Shown here: positions 37,566 through 50,162 of the stretch, piece after piece
How positions within the stretch are numbered: the first letter of the stretch is position 1
Layout of the letters: each line of letters starts with the position of its first letter
DNA from: Takakia lepidozioides
Lineage: Eukaryota > Plantae > Bryophyta
NCBI GenBank assembly: GCA_030704615.1
Contig: CM060731.1
Span: 25,730,001 to 25,794,000 of the forward strand
Reading direction: 5' to 3'
DNA length: 64,000 nucleotides
The notes under the pieces: model-generated
The model's input: the letters and a program-made list of their open reading frames with translations, nothing else
Database searches by the model: none
What the model was told of the DNA's origin: nothing
Translations under genes and position numbers: made by a program

Positions 37566-39087
37566 CCTTGGCAAAACTTCATGAAGCTTGGTATGCAGCT
37601 TGTGACCTGGTCCGGTTGATGATTTTTTTTATAAACAGTTCCATACTATATGCCTACCGAGTTTAGAAAATTGAGCATAAAGAGATTGTGGTTGCTCATC
37701 AACTATCGATGGAGTTCATGGTTTTCACGAGACTCTTCATGAGGTGGTCAATGAATCTAACCAGAGGCCATTGCCTATCAGTTGGCAAATACTTGGAGTG
37801 TGTTTTCCAACCTATTTTGACCAATGCGTAGGTTCGGATGTGGTTTGAAGACTCCTTCCGTGATTGCAGTACTTAGACCAAATCGCCGAAGCACAATCAT
37901 AACATTACAACTTCAATTTTATGTAAAGTATGTTTCTTTCAAGACTAAACTGGCGGCTCACTTAGAAAGAGTGGGCTAAACTTTTTGAATCATCTCATGA
38001 AGATGACTTAAACTATAACGAGCTCTCAATTACCGTCAGCTATCACAATATGGAAAGACTACAAGGCTATGGTAGAATGTCGCTAGCATCCACTTGCTCG
38101 AGGCACATATCTTGTATTTTCTTCTTTCCCATCCCATGAAGAACTCTCTCCGTGTATGTAGCATATCAATATTAGTAACATGACTGTAAGAGGCTCTCGG
38201 AAATCCGCAAAATTAAAGATTGCATGTCACAATTGTTTCGGTGACAACACACATGAATAGAAGTGATGAAGGCCTACCTATTCACAAACATATACATGTT
38301 CAACGCAACAATCTCAAGCTTACAACACAAAGTGAGAACCAACGTACTTAGTACTTACCCTGCACCCATAGAGGTTGTCGAGCGGCTCCAGCGAATTTCG
38401 TCCAAACAGATACAAGACTCCTTGATTTGGGGTTCCGCCATAGATTGCTCGCAGCGGGCCACGCGAGGGAGAGGAGGAAGATGACAGATAGAGCTGAGCT
38501 CAGCGCGCCCCACGATGGAATGTAAGTTCTGTCCTATCAATTCGAAATCAAGGCGCAATCATGTGATGGGTTCACACGATGGTATGTGTCAGTTCCCATC
38601 ATGTCAATTATTCTCAGATACGAAGGCCACACCTGCTTGCACCTCTGAACTCCTGACCTTTTGCGACTCAACAGAAAGGCTTCCCAGTCAAAGCAAGCGT
38701 GTCCGTGGTGCCAACTGCTAACATCAGAATGTGAGTTGATTCCTTGTCACTTTTGCGTAGGACTGAGTCTTTTAAGAATTTTCCTTACTGGCGGGCTACA
38801 TCCGTCAATCGTGATTGCGAGGATCATTGCTTTTGGGCGAGTTTGAGAGTTTATGTTAGGGGTTTCACAGGTTTGGGAGGATCCCATGCGTTTATGTCGG
38901 GATGAAGGGGCAGCATCGGACTTCGCATGCAGAGGTTGTTGGGAAGATGACTCGCGATCCGGAAACCCTGAATTCTAGTGGATCGAGGTAGAAAACAATA
39001 TTGGCCTCTTGAACGTGATGATCTGGTGTGATATCGGTTGTCTTGCTCTTGTTGTATCAGATTGACTATTGGGGTGTTGCGTCCAAG

Positions 39088-42018
39088 ATGTTCTACGATT
39101 TGAGCCTGGGGTTTGATGGAGTCGAGGAGCACACGAGGAGGGAGGTTGTGTCCATGGCCATGCAGCTGGGCTACAGTGGGATCGCAGCTAACCATATGCT
39201 CACAGGTGTGATGGCCGATTCCGATCGTTGCAAGATCAAGCCATTGGAGCTCTCTTCTGTGCTGGCCGCAGCTCCAGGGGTGGTTGAGGCTGCGAGGTTT
39301 CATCAAGATTTACTGGGGGTTCCTGCGGGCAGGCCCTTTAGACAGTACAGTAGAATTACGGTGGTGGTGGATGACACAGTGCAAGCAGGTGCCCTGAATT
39401 CGGCCAACCCCGTGCTTCAATCTTATGATGTTGTGGCCGTGAGGCCAACCAATCAAAAGGCTTTTGGTCAGGCCTGCACTCATCTTGAGGTGTGCCCAGG
39501 AGAAAATTGGGGAAGATCCTCCAATGACAATCAAACATGTATAATTAGTTTTCTTTCTGTGGATGCTTAGGCCATCACGTCATACCTTTAGAATAGATTT
39601 TTTTGGCAACACGTGCCAGCAATTCCTATTCAGACTTGATGGAGGCTGAGCGAGGTCTAACCAGGGTTTCTCACATCACTAGTGGGCAGTGGTTGCCTGA
39701 CAAAGATCTCTTTCCTATCTGACAGGACTGGTATGTTGGATGGCAGGTGGATTTGATATCACTAGATTTTAACCAAAGATTGTCGTTTCGGATGAAGGCG
39801 CCCATGGTAAAGGCTGCTCTTCAGGTATATGTGTTTGACTCTCCACACTGTTTGAGGTCCATGATGAAGTTGATGGTCTGCGTGACATCAATGTTAAGAC
39901 TGCACTCTCTTTGCTGCGCTGTTTAGGTTTTGGCTGGAAGTGATTTCCCTTTGAATGTCTGTATGCAGTTGGCACGCACTTACATGGATGACGGTTTTGA
40001 GGTCCATCACACTAGTGGCCTTGTTTGCTTCTCTCTCTCTCCCCATTATCTCCAAGAAACTCCTCCCTTTCGGGCTCCAGATAAGTGGAGTACAGGGGAT
40101 TTGGCCACAAGGCTGAGACAAGCAATACTTGATGAGTAAGTTTGGATAGTTGGTAATATGGGAACACATCATGTGCAGGGATCGACTGCACCTCTCTACC
40201 AGGGCACCTCTGGTCAACATTGTCGTCTACTGCAGGATGTTACTAGGTGTAGAAGTGGGGCTGGATGAGTGGTCACTTGAAGGAGAACCACTTCTAGTCC
40301 AGTGATGCTCTTAATCACTTTGCTGCCTGACATCTTTCAAGCAAAATTAGAAGTTGGGTTACTGCTACTCAGGTTGGCTCTATAGGCTATGGTTGCAGAG
40401 GGGAATCTTCTTTGAGATATCATACAGCCGTGCACTCGTTGATGCAAGGGCCCGAAGGGAACTGTTTGTGAATGCCCAGGTAGCTCTCTTCTTCTCTATC
40501 CCATCATATTGGAAGTTGTGAATCTATATTATTGTGGAAATGGAGAGGTTGATTCTATCAAAATTTCGGTCTGAACCCAAAAGACGAGCAGCTCCACTGT
40601 CAGGCCTTACATGGTTTTTGGTGGGCAGATGCTGCAAGTGTTGACACGGGGGCGCAGTATCATTCTCAGTAGTGGGGCTCGTCAGGCAATGGAGGTTCGG
40701 GGTCCGAATGATGTTGCCAACATGGCTAGCCTGTTTGGTCTCTCTCTTGAGTTGGCAAAGGCAGCTGTGTCCAAAAACTGCAAGTAAGTACCTGGGGAGG
40801 TTTTATTTTTCCTGTTTCCGGGCTGCTGGTTGAGGTCCCATATTCTTTCTTGTGTCCTGCCTTCTCTTGTCCCCAAAGCTCTTTGAGCTTTTGTGCACGT
40901 TCTGAAGTTTCTTTTTCTTTCTCTTTTACACACTTGTCTGGGGTCTCACCAGAGAGTGACCCTCTTTAGGAACATCAAGAACATGATTCGTGCACCTCTT
41001 TTCACCAACTTCCAAAATCTCGAGGTTGAGCCTAGAGCCCTGGCCATGTTGGGGTCTAACTTCTGGGCTGCTTGCACACAGCAGATCGATGCTTGTGTGA
41101 AGGGCTTTCTAGAGGATAAAAGCCTGAACAAACTGTTTATATCAAGGTTAGTCACACAACTGGACTGAGCCCCTCACGAAGGTAGTGTCTACTCCTTATG
41201 TTTCGGTCCAAACTGGGCATGGGGTCTATGGCCACTAGGCTACGGCAAACAAAGTCTTATTAGTACATTCGTTTTACACACTTGTCGTTCTGCTACCCCT
41301 TCACTGAAATCTTTCTGAGGAATGGCTTATTATCCTCTGGCTTTTCTTCCAGTGACATTTGTTGATTCAAAAAGACAACCCTTCATCATGCACAGGCCCC
41401 CTTTGCATGGTATTGCTGGATCTTCTGTCTCTACCGTTGCTTATTAGCAGTACTTCGACCTTTTCTCAAGTTATTTGGTTATTATTATCTCAGGTGATCG
41501 ATGTCTTCTGTGTTTAGGTGGCAGCAGTGCAAGCAATGCCCAAATCTTAAAAGTTGTTACATGGGTGCAGGTCTGTGTTGTTGCATGGTGTGGCACGCAA
41601 AAAAACATACAAAGCAGCAATACTTGTCGAACTTTGTCCACCAGTCGAGAATCTTGGTTCAGATAAATCCTTGTTTCATGTACCTGCAAATTGGGATCCT
41701 CTCTCCGTTGGTCTTCCGAAGGGTGCATCAGCTGACTTCAGCAAGGTTTTAGAGGCCAGTAATGAGGAGGTTGCAGAGGTAGGGATTCCAAGTACACATA
41801 TGGTTGACAGAAAGAGGAAGGTAGCTGAAGATGGGAATCCAGTTAGCAAGATTGTTGACGAGAAGCGCAGGGATGTGCACACATCCGCAGGACCAGTACC
41901 TCCTGTAGACCGGAACTTTAGGTCCATAGCTGCATCAGGTAGCGAGTGGACAGAAGTTACAAAGCGCTTGAAGAGACGTAAAGCCGGTAAGGGCAGAAGT
42001 GGGACTAGTGGGGGTTGA
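39088..42018 (+). CDS. RPP30: RNase P/MRP subunit p30, 5 exons (39088-39489, 39747-39824, 40399-40479, 40629-40783, 41571-42018)
   Basis: MFYDL..LGYSGIA, YDVVAVRP, VDLISLDF, GIFFEISYS and IILSSGA..EVRGPNDV. Canonical phase-compatible GT-AG introns; basic C-terminal tail. Confidence 0.92.
40939..41271 (+). mobile_element. LINE 3' fragment in RPP30 intron 4 with 15-bp TSD
   Basis: TTTTACACACTTGTC at 40924-40938 and 41272-41286; carries the family 3' end. Confidence 0.9.
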
Positions 42019-43020
42019 GAATGATGGTCATAACAGCAAAATTTAACTGCAAATCAGATTCAACTATCAAATCATCTTGAGATGAAGCGGGCATATGAAC
42101 TTTCAACTGAGTGCCAGGCAGGGCTTGAAGGACATTTACTGCTACTCCAATGTCAAATAACCCAGGGACGACCTAAGTACAATCCACCCGGTGTGTCCAT
42201 GCAGGAAGTTCAAATACAAACATTAATTGTGCATAAGTCAGTCCTTGGAAGTCCGGGGTTTTTAATGATATCTGGCCAAATGGACAGTGCTGCCCAGTGC
42301 AGTACTACGCAACACTATCCATCGCAAAAGCTAGTTACTTGGTATAGCTCATGGACCTCTGGTGCCGTTGTAATACAGTTTCTTCTTTTCTGCGGACCCA
42401 CAAGGTATTAGTATCATTGTGGGCCTTGAATCTGCCTCCTGCCCGGCACTTTGGCCAATCATAAAGGGGCCAATCATCAAGGGACCCCGCCAACCACTAT
42501 ACATTAAATTTGTGAGTTCAGGCGATATTATGTCCTCGTAAGGCGCCAAGATTGTCCCCAGGGCTATCTCTACAGGGTCTCCTAACGTGCCAGCCCTGGA
42601 GTGTCAGCCAACTAGTACTTGTAAGAAATACAGTCACCCCTGTAACCAGGGTATATAACGTTTGACAGCAATGCTCACTGTGGAGATGCTCTTACGGGGG
42701 TTATTTCTTGCGTAGCTTACTATCTAACCCCCCTTTTTGATTCATGGACCATCTTCTAAAGGCCAGGGCCCGCACAAACATGGGGGGCTTATTCAAATCA
42801 TGCTACTTAAGATTCCCAACAACTAGCAATAGAACAAGTGAGGATAGAAAATTAAAAATGTAACCCTCTCAACTCACTCAAGCAGACTCTTGTTACAGTC
42901 TTCTTGGAAGCCTTAGGAACCATTCGGCATTAATGGGACATCATGACCTTTTCACCTAATCTGCATACATTTTTACATTTTCCATCCAATAACTAATATT
43001 GCAAATAAAACCCATGTTTC

Positions 43021-45775
43021 TTATAGTTCATTCCCGGCAGCCGCAACTTCAGCTGGAGTGCGTGTCCGAAGCTGATCAACAGCATGCACTGTGCTTTGAA
43101 GCTCCTCCCAGATTGCCTTATACACCATGCGTTGTCTGTTCACTCGTGATTGGCCCTCGAAGGCCTCTGCCACCACATCAATACTGTGACAGAAGGCATA
43201 GCCACAATAATCATCAACAAAATCCTCCATTCAACCACAAACAAGACTGCCAAGATTTCCACCCTCTCCTTAAAGCTCACACCAGGTTCTCAGCCTAAGT
43301 ACAAGTCTGGGCATTATGTCCCCACAGCTTGACTGACTACCCCTCTGTCTGTCCATCCATTGTTGGTCCTCGTGAGCATGATCAGCTCTTCCCATATCAA
43401 CTTTGAAAAGGGGGAAACTAGTATGTTTGCCGAAGACTTCTGGCTGCAAGCGAAAGGGGAACACATGGAGCAGGAGGCTCAACTTTTCTGTCTAAAGCAT
43501 GATTTTCGAGGCACTACATCCAATACAGGTGCCAAAACAGCCAGCAATATGTACTCATGACCAGTCCTGTGAACAGGTGGAACTGACAATCCCTAACAGA
43601 AAAGTACTAATTGGATGCTGACACATTTACTCACCGAGAAAGGTATGAAACATGAATCGCCAAAGCTCTCCCAACAGCCAATGCCAATCCCACTAACGCA
43701 CAGCAATGTACAATCGACTGTTTGCCCCAGACACTAGCTAAGTACCTTGAGGGCGTAGTTCAGCAGGGTGCTGACCCTCACAGAGGGAGTTTGAGATTGC
43801 AGAATTGCACAACAATGAAATTGCAGGGAATTGCTTGTTATTTATGAACTTGTATTGACATCAAATCCTCAAGCAGAGAATTTCTCACACTGCTGTTGTA
43901 ATTCTGTACCTTGCAACAGATAAAACCCATGTGGTTCACCACCCATGACACTCTTGAGAGCAATGTACTACAAAGGAGGAGGAGAGACTGGAGAGCAAAT
44001 GTGATCAATTTAAAACTACCTGACATGGCGGCCATCACCGTATGCATCCTTCACAGTCACGTCCTCTGCCCCTAGTTGCTCCTTTATCTGCTCACAAACC
44101 CCATTCACACAGCTTCAGTGGGAGATAGGTTTCACGAGGGCAAGATGACCTATGAAAAACAGAGACAGGAAGAGGAGGTTCTCATTGAACTGATTGCTGA
44201 AGCTGTGTGCCCTTGTACCCCATGTAGATTTGAAAAAAGCAGAGAAGGAAGAAGGATGGGAGCTAATGGAAAAGAATCCAGATCCTTGAATGCTAAAGGG
44301 TTGCTCATGGAATGAGACAAACCTTTGAGGGGAGAGAGAATGTACTCATAAGACGTTGTTTGCCGTAGCCTTGTGGCCATTGACCCCGCGCCCAGTTTGA
44401 GCGGAACAGAAAGGGACAGAAACTACATTTGTCAGGGGCTGACGCCGGTAGTATGACTTACCTTGGAACAGACAATTGATCTAAGTTTTCCAGATATCCT
44501 CTAGAAATCCCTTTACACAAGCATCAATCTGATGTGGTGATTTTCCCAATAACTAGGCCCAAAAGGGCCTGGGCTTCTGGTTCAGCCTTGAGACCTTCAA
44601 AGTTGGTAAACAGAGGTACTATTGTCTTCAGGTTGCCCACACAATGGGCATCCCCCTTTCCTCTCTGCATCTGTTTGCTGTTCAAAGGTAGGCTTCCCGC
44701 CCTGATTGAAAATTTCAGTCTAGTGCCAAGAGTGGGTAAACCCTTCAGGTCATCCATGATGGCCTTCCCCATGTCACAGACTGGAAACAAGTTCAGGGAT
44801 GTTTTCTGCCTAACTTAATTTGAGTACTCAGAAGATGTGGTTTGCCGCAGCCCTGTGGCCATAGACCCCACGCCCAAAGAATGTAGTCATGAGACGTTGT
44901 TTGCCGAAGCCTTGACCCGCGCCCAGTCTGAGCAGAACACAAAGGGACAGAAACTACCTTTGTCCGGGACTGACGCTGGTAGTATGACTTACCTTGGAAC
45001 AGACAATTGATCCAAGTTTTTACACAAGCATCAATCTGCTGTGTGATTTGCCCAATAACTAGGCCCCAAAAGGGCCTGGGCTTTTGGGTCAGGCTCGAGA
45101 ATTTCAAAGTTGGTAAACAGAGGTACAGGCACAAATCCCTTAACGGATTTGAAGAGGGCGTCTCTCTGGTGAGAGTGCCCAGTGCCCAAGCCAGAGAGAG
45201 GGTGAGGGAGAGAGAAAGCAACCCTTTTCCAACAAAAGGTGCCTGGAATGGTATGCAGCCAATGTCACCACAGGGAACCTCAATAAAATCAATTATGCTT
45301 CAAAATCTAGGACACTCATGGGAGAACTTGCTCCCAAGACAGTCCCGTTGCAAGAGAATCGTCGTCAGCATGGCGTTGACAACATGCTGGAAATCATAAC
45401 GTTGATTCAAGCATTACTATCGAACACAGATGTGACACAAGTGGGAGAGACAAAGAGAAATGATGTCACCTTGGTTTGCATGGAGGACATGAGGGGAGAA
45501 TCGATTGTGCCGGGCCCAGAAACATCGAATGCTTTCGCCGACAGTAACTGTGTCCGGAATGGCAACGTAGCCGACCTTCTCCTCCCACCAACTGATGATG
45601 CAAAACCTGTCCCACGCTTTAAAGACGGAGACGAAGTCCGGGGGATGGCACAGGCGGAGGGAAGCACTGCATAGGAATGGGAATGGAATCTGCGATGGAA
45701 GGATCCTAGTACGCAGAGACATGCGCGGCAGGGGCTTGAGAGGAGGGATGGCTTTATGCATGAAAAAATTGCCAT
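43021..45775 (-). CDS. BOLA4: BolA4-like organellar BolA protein, 3 exons (45775-45470, 44087-44020, 43183-43021)
   Basis: Transit-peptide-like N-terminus, then [12 protein letters not shown]|[16 protein letters not shown]|[36 protein letters not shown]. Confidence 0.92.
44330..45190 (-). mobile_element. Stack of three LINE 3' fragments in BolA4 intron 1
   Basis: Family 3' ends at ~44340, ~44825 and ~44882; CT-rich flanks on both sides on the - strand. Confidence 0.85.
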
Positions 45776-47971
45776 CTTTAACCCACTTCAAGTTTTAAGC
45801 CCGCCTTGAAGCCTCTCTTTCTCTCTCCTACAAACCCACCTCGGTATCTTAAACCCTCTTGCCTTGGTCTCGCTCTCTCTACAAACTCACTCCCCTGTTT
45901 CGCATCATCCTTCTTTGCTGGCTCTGACGGCCTCTGGATTTTGTGTGGCCTCGTCATAACCAGTGAGGTAGTTTGTCACTATTTGTATGAAAATAGTTCA
46001 ATATATTTTTACAACTACCTTCATGCAGGAAGTCCTGTAACTACCTGCATGAAGGTAGTTATATAAAAAGGGAACAGTGGCCCTTGTAGATCATATTAAA
46101 AAAAAAGGCACGGCCAGAGATACAAGAGTCAGAAGCATATGGTGGAAAAAGTAACCACCAAAGGTCGTTAAGGCTTGCCGGGGGAATCACCCCATGACCA
46201 AGATGTAAAGAGGATGTCGAAGAGGATATAACAATAGTTAGCAAAGAGAGTAAGATAAGCGAAGAGTGTAGTGATGGCTTGGAAAGAGCCGAGGGGAAAT
46301 CTGCTCCTACCAGTAGCACAAGGAAATACTAAGGAACATTACAGAGGAGAAGTGGGATGAGCAGAAATGATTTCTACATAGTGCGAATCCAGGGAGCTCA
46401 AATATAAGCTGAGCCTTAAAGGTGGGGTTGCGCGCGATATTTTAGATGATCTCAGACTCAACAGATTTGAGAGGAATTCTGGAGCTGTACTGTCCCTGCT
46501 AGACTGAAGAGGGCAGTCAAGAGATGCTTTTGACAGCCTCATCCAACCTAACTTTGAGCCACCTGCCATGCATGAAACATGATCTGAAGTCTCATGTTCA
46601 GCAGCAGACCTCCGTCTGCAGCACAATTTATTCTCACTGCCTATTCAAGAGTGCAGGTATTTCGAGAGAAAACAGTGAAGGCTCTGGTGGGACTAAGACG
46701 AGTCAATTTTGGCCTCCCACACGGTCTTCAGAGCCTCTTCCCGATTGCATCCTTTACAACATACATGTTTTGACCTTCACACACACTCGGCACCTACTCA
46801 TAAAAAGAATCACCTTCCATGCTAGACGAAAGCACACTGCACAGTCATATTGTCATAAGCATATCGGATCACCATCCACAATCCTGGAATACTCAGTTGC
46901 CGTGAACAATCGTATTAGAAGTTTTGGCTGAGTATCACCGAGTTTGAGGGGCCTGTGGGCGTTCCAGTTTAGTCGGGGTTGACCCGTAATGGAATTAGAG
47001 TAGGCCGAATTCACAACTCGCAAAGTTAAATGACGGCAAAAGAAGCTGAATGGGTGTAGGAACGGTTCAGACATACATCGTCCTTCAGTGAGCAGAAACC
47101 CAAAAGTGTAAGGAGAGCGTGAACTCAAGTAGTACCTGAAGGGTAAGGGTTTTGGAGAAGGGAATGAAGGAGAGTATACAGGTGTGGTCTCATCTTCCTC
47201 CTTGCGACAGGACTTAAAAGAGACTGCCATAGTCTTTCTGACTTTGTAGACATATACAGAAATGAATCAACAAACAGGTTGACGGTTTACACATACCAGC
47301 TACAAGGACTATGACAGGCAAACCGAAGTTAGCTTACTACATGCAAAACTGCTTGCGGAGCAACGTTAGTAGAAGAAAATCCTTTCCCCCTCCCCAACCT
47401 TATGCTTGAAGCTCGTTGTGGTGTGTTAACTTGTGCAGAAAGCAGAGGTGGAGTTTCTAAAAAAGGAGGCTTACCCCAGATCCCACACCCACAATTAATC
47501 ACTCAATTCTGAACAAATGGACAATGTGGTACAGATGGACTACATAGTCTGAACTCTAGAGACTGGAGCTGGACAGGACCTGCCCAGCCCCATTAGTGGC
47601 TGATTCAACACCCCAAATGCCACAGCTAGTGAAAAACAAAGGAACGTAGACACCCCTATCCATTTGCACTGAGCCTCCATGTTTTTAATAAAACCTGCTT
47701 GGAGACCTCTTTGAGAATCTCCCAACCCGTCTCCTGTCTATCTGCTCCTGCAACCAATATTGCTTATATGACAAAACGGTGCTCTGCATTGCCTACAGCT
47801 TCAATATGGTTCCAATAGAAGAGCTAAGCTCTTTTGGATAGATTAGATCTTAGATGAGGTCCTAGGAGATGTAGTTAGGGGTCTAACCTGCCTAGTGTAT
47901 CAAGAAGAAGAGTAGCTGAAGAAGAATAGGTGAAATCACTATATAGAGGAGAGCACGGCAGAAGGCCTTAC

Positions 47972-49680
47972 TTGCTTGCGAGATGACACTAATTCTTGTG
48001 CAGCATCCAAACAGAACTGAGCGCCACTAAGACTGCCACACATCCCACCAGAATCCATTGGCTCCCATTGCCAGCTATCTCCATCATAGATAGTTGAAAA
48101 GGTTAAGACAGCACTGAACGGTACACTACTGGATACCCTGGTCTCATGTATCCAACTCCAGTAAGTTGAATACCCAAGTGCAGAAGCCTGCCTCCTTGTA
48201 ATCAAATCTGCTGGAATGTTTCCATGAACTGAGTTCAATAAATTGTCTGCGTGCATGCATTGTCTGCAACGTCCTAGAAAAGCCCAGGAATAAGATTGAA
48301 TTTGACTTTGGAAAGCTCAACTAAAAGGATAGGCCACCAGAGATTAGAGAGTCCAGCAGATCGCATCTTTGATCCTCACATACATCCTACTGCTGGGCAC
48401 TTAAACAGAAATTGCAATACTCTGATGGGAAACTTAGGTGAAAGCAAATTGTTGCAAAGGAAGAATGAGAGTTCAACGAGCAGCTGCAGTGGGTTGAGAT
48501 CACACCCAGGCATCCTGTTGACCAAATGATAGACCTTTGGTATCCTGCATGTGCACACATCAATGTTACTATGCCATAAATTTGACTCACCTTGAAGTTT
48601 ATCAAGTGGAATAGCACTAAAATTTGATTCAATGCAGTAACTTGAGACAGAGCACTGAACCTTTTCTACTAGGAAGCAGGAAATGCCCTTGGGGTCAGGA
48701 ACAGCCATGTGAGCTATCACCAAGTAGACATCACTCACACCCCCTCCACTTATAAATTCCTCTCACGCCCTCCCATTATACCCTCTCATGAGTTCTCCCT
48801 GCCTTGGAACCTATGCTGGACAAAATGCATTCCCTCAGTTTGCATACAAGCTCCAGCAACGTTTGATTCATGGACCCTTCCATGAAATACAGTTCAAATC
48901 TCAGCTCTCAGAGACAAGAATGAGATTCATATCGGAAAGAAAGCGTGGTTGGAAACTGAAAGAAAATCTCGCCCTTATGGTGCCTGCAAGATTAGCGGTT
49001 GACCTCCTCTCCATTGAGTATGAAGTCGGTGCTTCCCGCTTCCTGCCTTGCCCACAGCCACAGAGGGCATCAGGTCCTAATTGGAAATACAACGATGTAA
49101 AGTAAGAAAAGAAAAGGAAACTCCTTTCTTGGAGCTGTCAATGGGGCATAACTTTCTCCCTCTCCTTCCACCCTCTGTGCCAACTGGGAGCGACCCATGG
49201 CAGTTACAAAGCCCATGTCTAAAATGGAAAGCACCTCAATCTCAGAGGGTCCAACATCCAAAGTTTCTAAAAGGACTCCATTACCATCAGCGGTCAGCCC
49301 ATTTGGTGCACTGAGTGCCCACTTAGATTATCATGCCTCGAATCCTTGCCCACCGCATTGACCAGTTGAGTTGCGCTTCTTGCATTGTTACTCAGCTCAA
49401 ATTTCTCTTAACCTGCTGCTTGTAGGCTCATGTCCCATAGAAGAAAGGGGTTATTTTCTGCTCACTACAACAATGCGTCCATGCAAAGCACCCCCCTTCC
49501 CCCGCCCACTGACCAGTATACATGGCATACATTAGCCTACAACCAGCCAGTACATCACCTGCAGAGAAGCTGCGTCACTCCCGCTGGATGGCTCTGCAAG
49601 GCAATAGGATGCCAACAGCTCCTGCACCCATTGCAAAGCAGCATCCCTCACACAAGCACCAGTGTTGCTGAGGGCTTTTA
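47972..49680 (-). pseudogene. ACAD8: Isobutyryl-CoA dehydrogenase (ACAD8)-like pseudogene, intron-containing
   Basis: Exon relics in the correct order: LASYCLAEPSSGSDAASLQ, FISGGGVSDVYLV..PKGISCFLVEK, GLSFG...*SQPTAA and GSLSGAQFCLD..RKQ. GT donors are retained; in-frame stops are present. Confidence 0.75.
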
Positions 49681-50162
49681 AGCTCAGGTTAACTCAGATG
49701 TTGAAAGGGAGAACCTACTATTAGTTTAGGCAGAATATGGAATGCACAAGAAGTAAGCCCCTATTTCTCCTTAATCAGCTGGAACTTACCAATTATATGC
49801 TACATGTATACACAACACAGTGTTGGATCTCTTTGCCTTTGGTCCACAAAATTCCAGTTTTGAATACACCCTTGCCAGTGCACACCTCAATGGAAGAAAG
49901 CCTGGACATTGAGCAGCTTTCTTTGCAATTCTGAGATGGCAGGTTAGACTGGTAAACGGATGGTCGTCCTGCAGTGCGGGGTAAGCTGACTCACCCATGC
50001 TTCTTGCAAATGCAGTCCCAGGTAGCTACGTTGCCATTGGTTCCATTCTCCACTTTGACAATCCGAGGGCCTTCAAGGTGAAGACCCCTGTCGAAGACAA
50101 AACAGCAACAGCAGAGTGATATGTTCCCAGAATTGCTCACAGTCCATGTGAGTGATGGGCCA

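Noticed and set aside
38355-38440. RING-finger first exon (MAEPQIKESCICLDEI)
   Set aside because: Only a CxC is present, with no further ligands or downstream exons.
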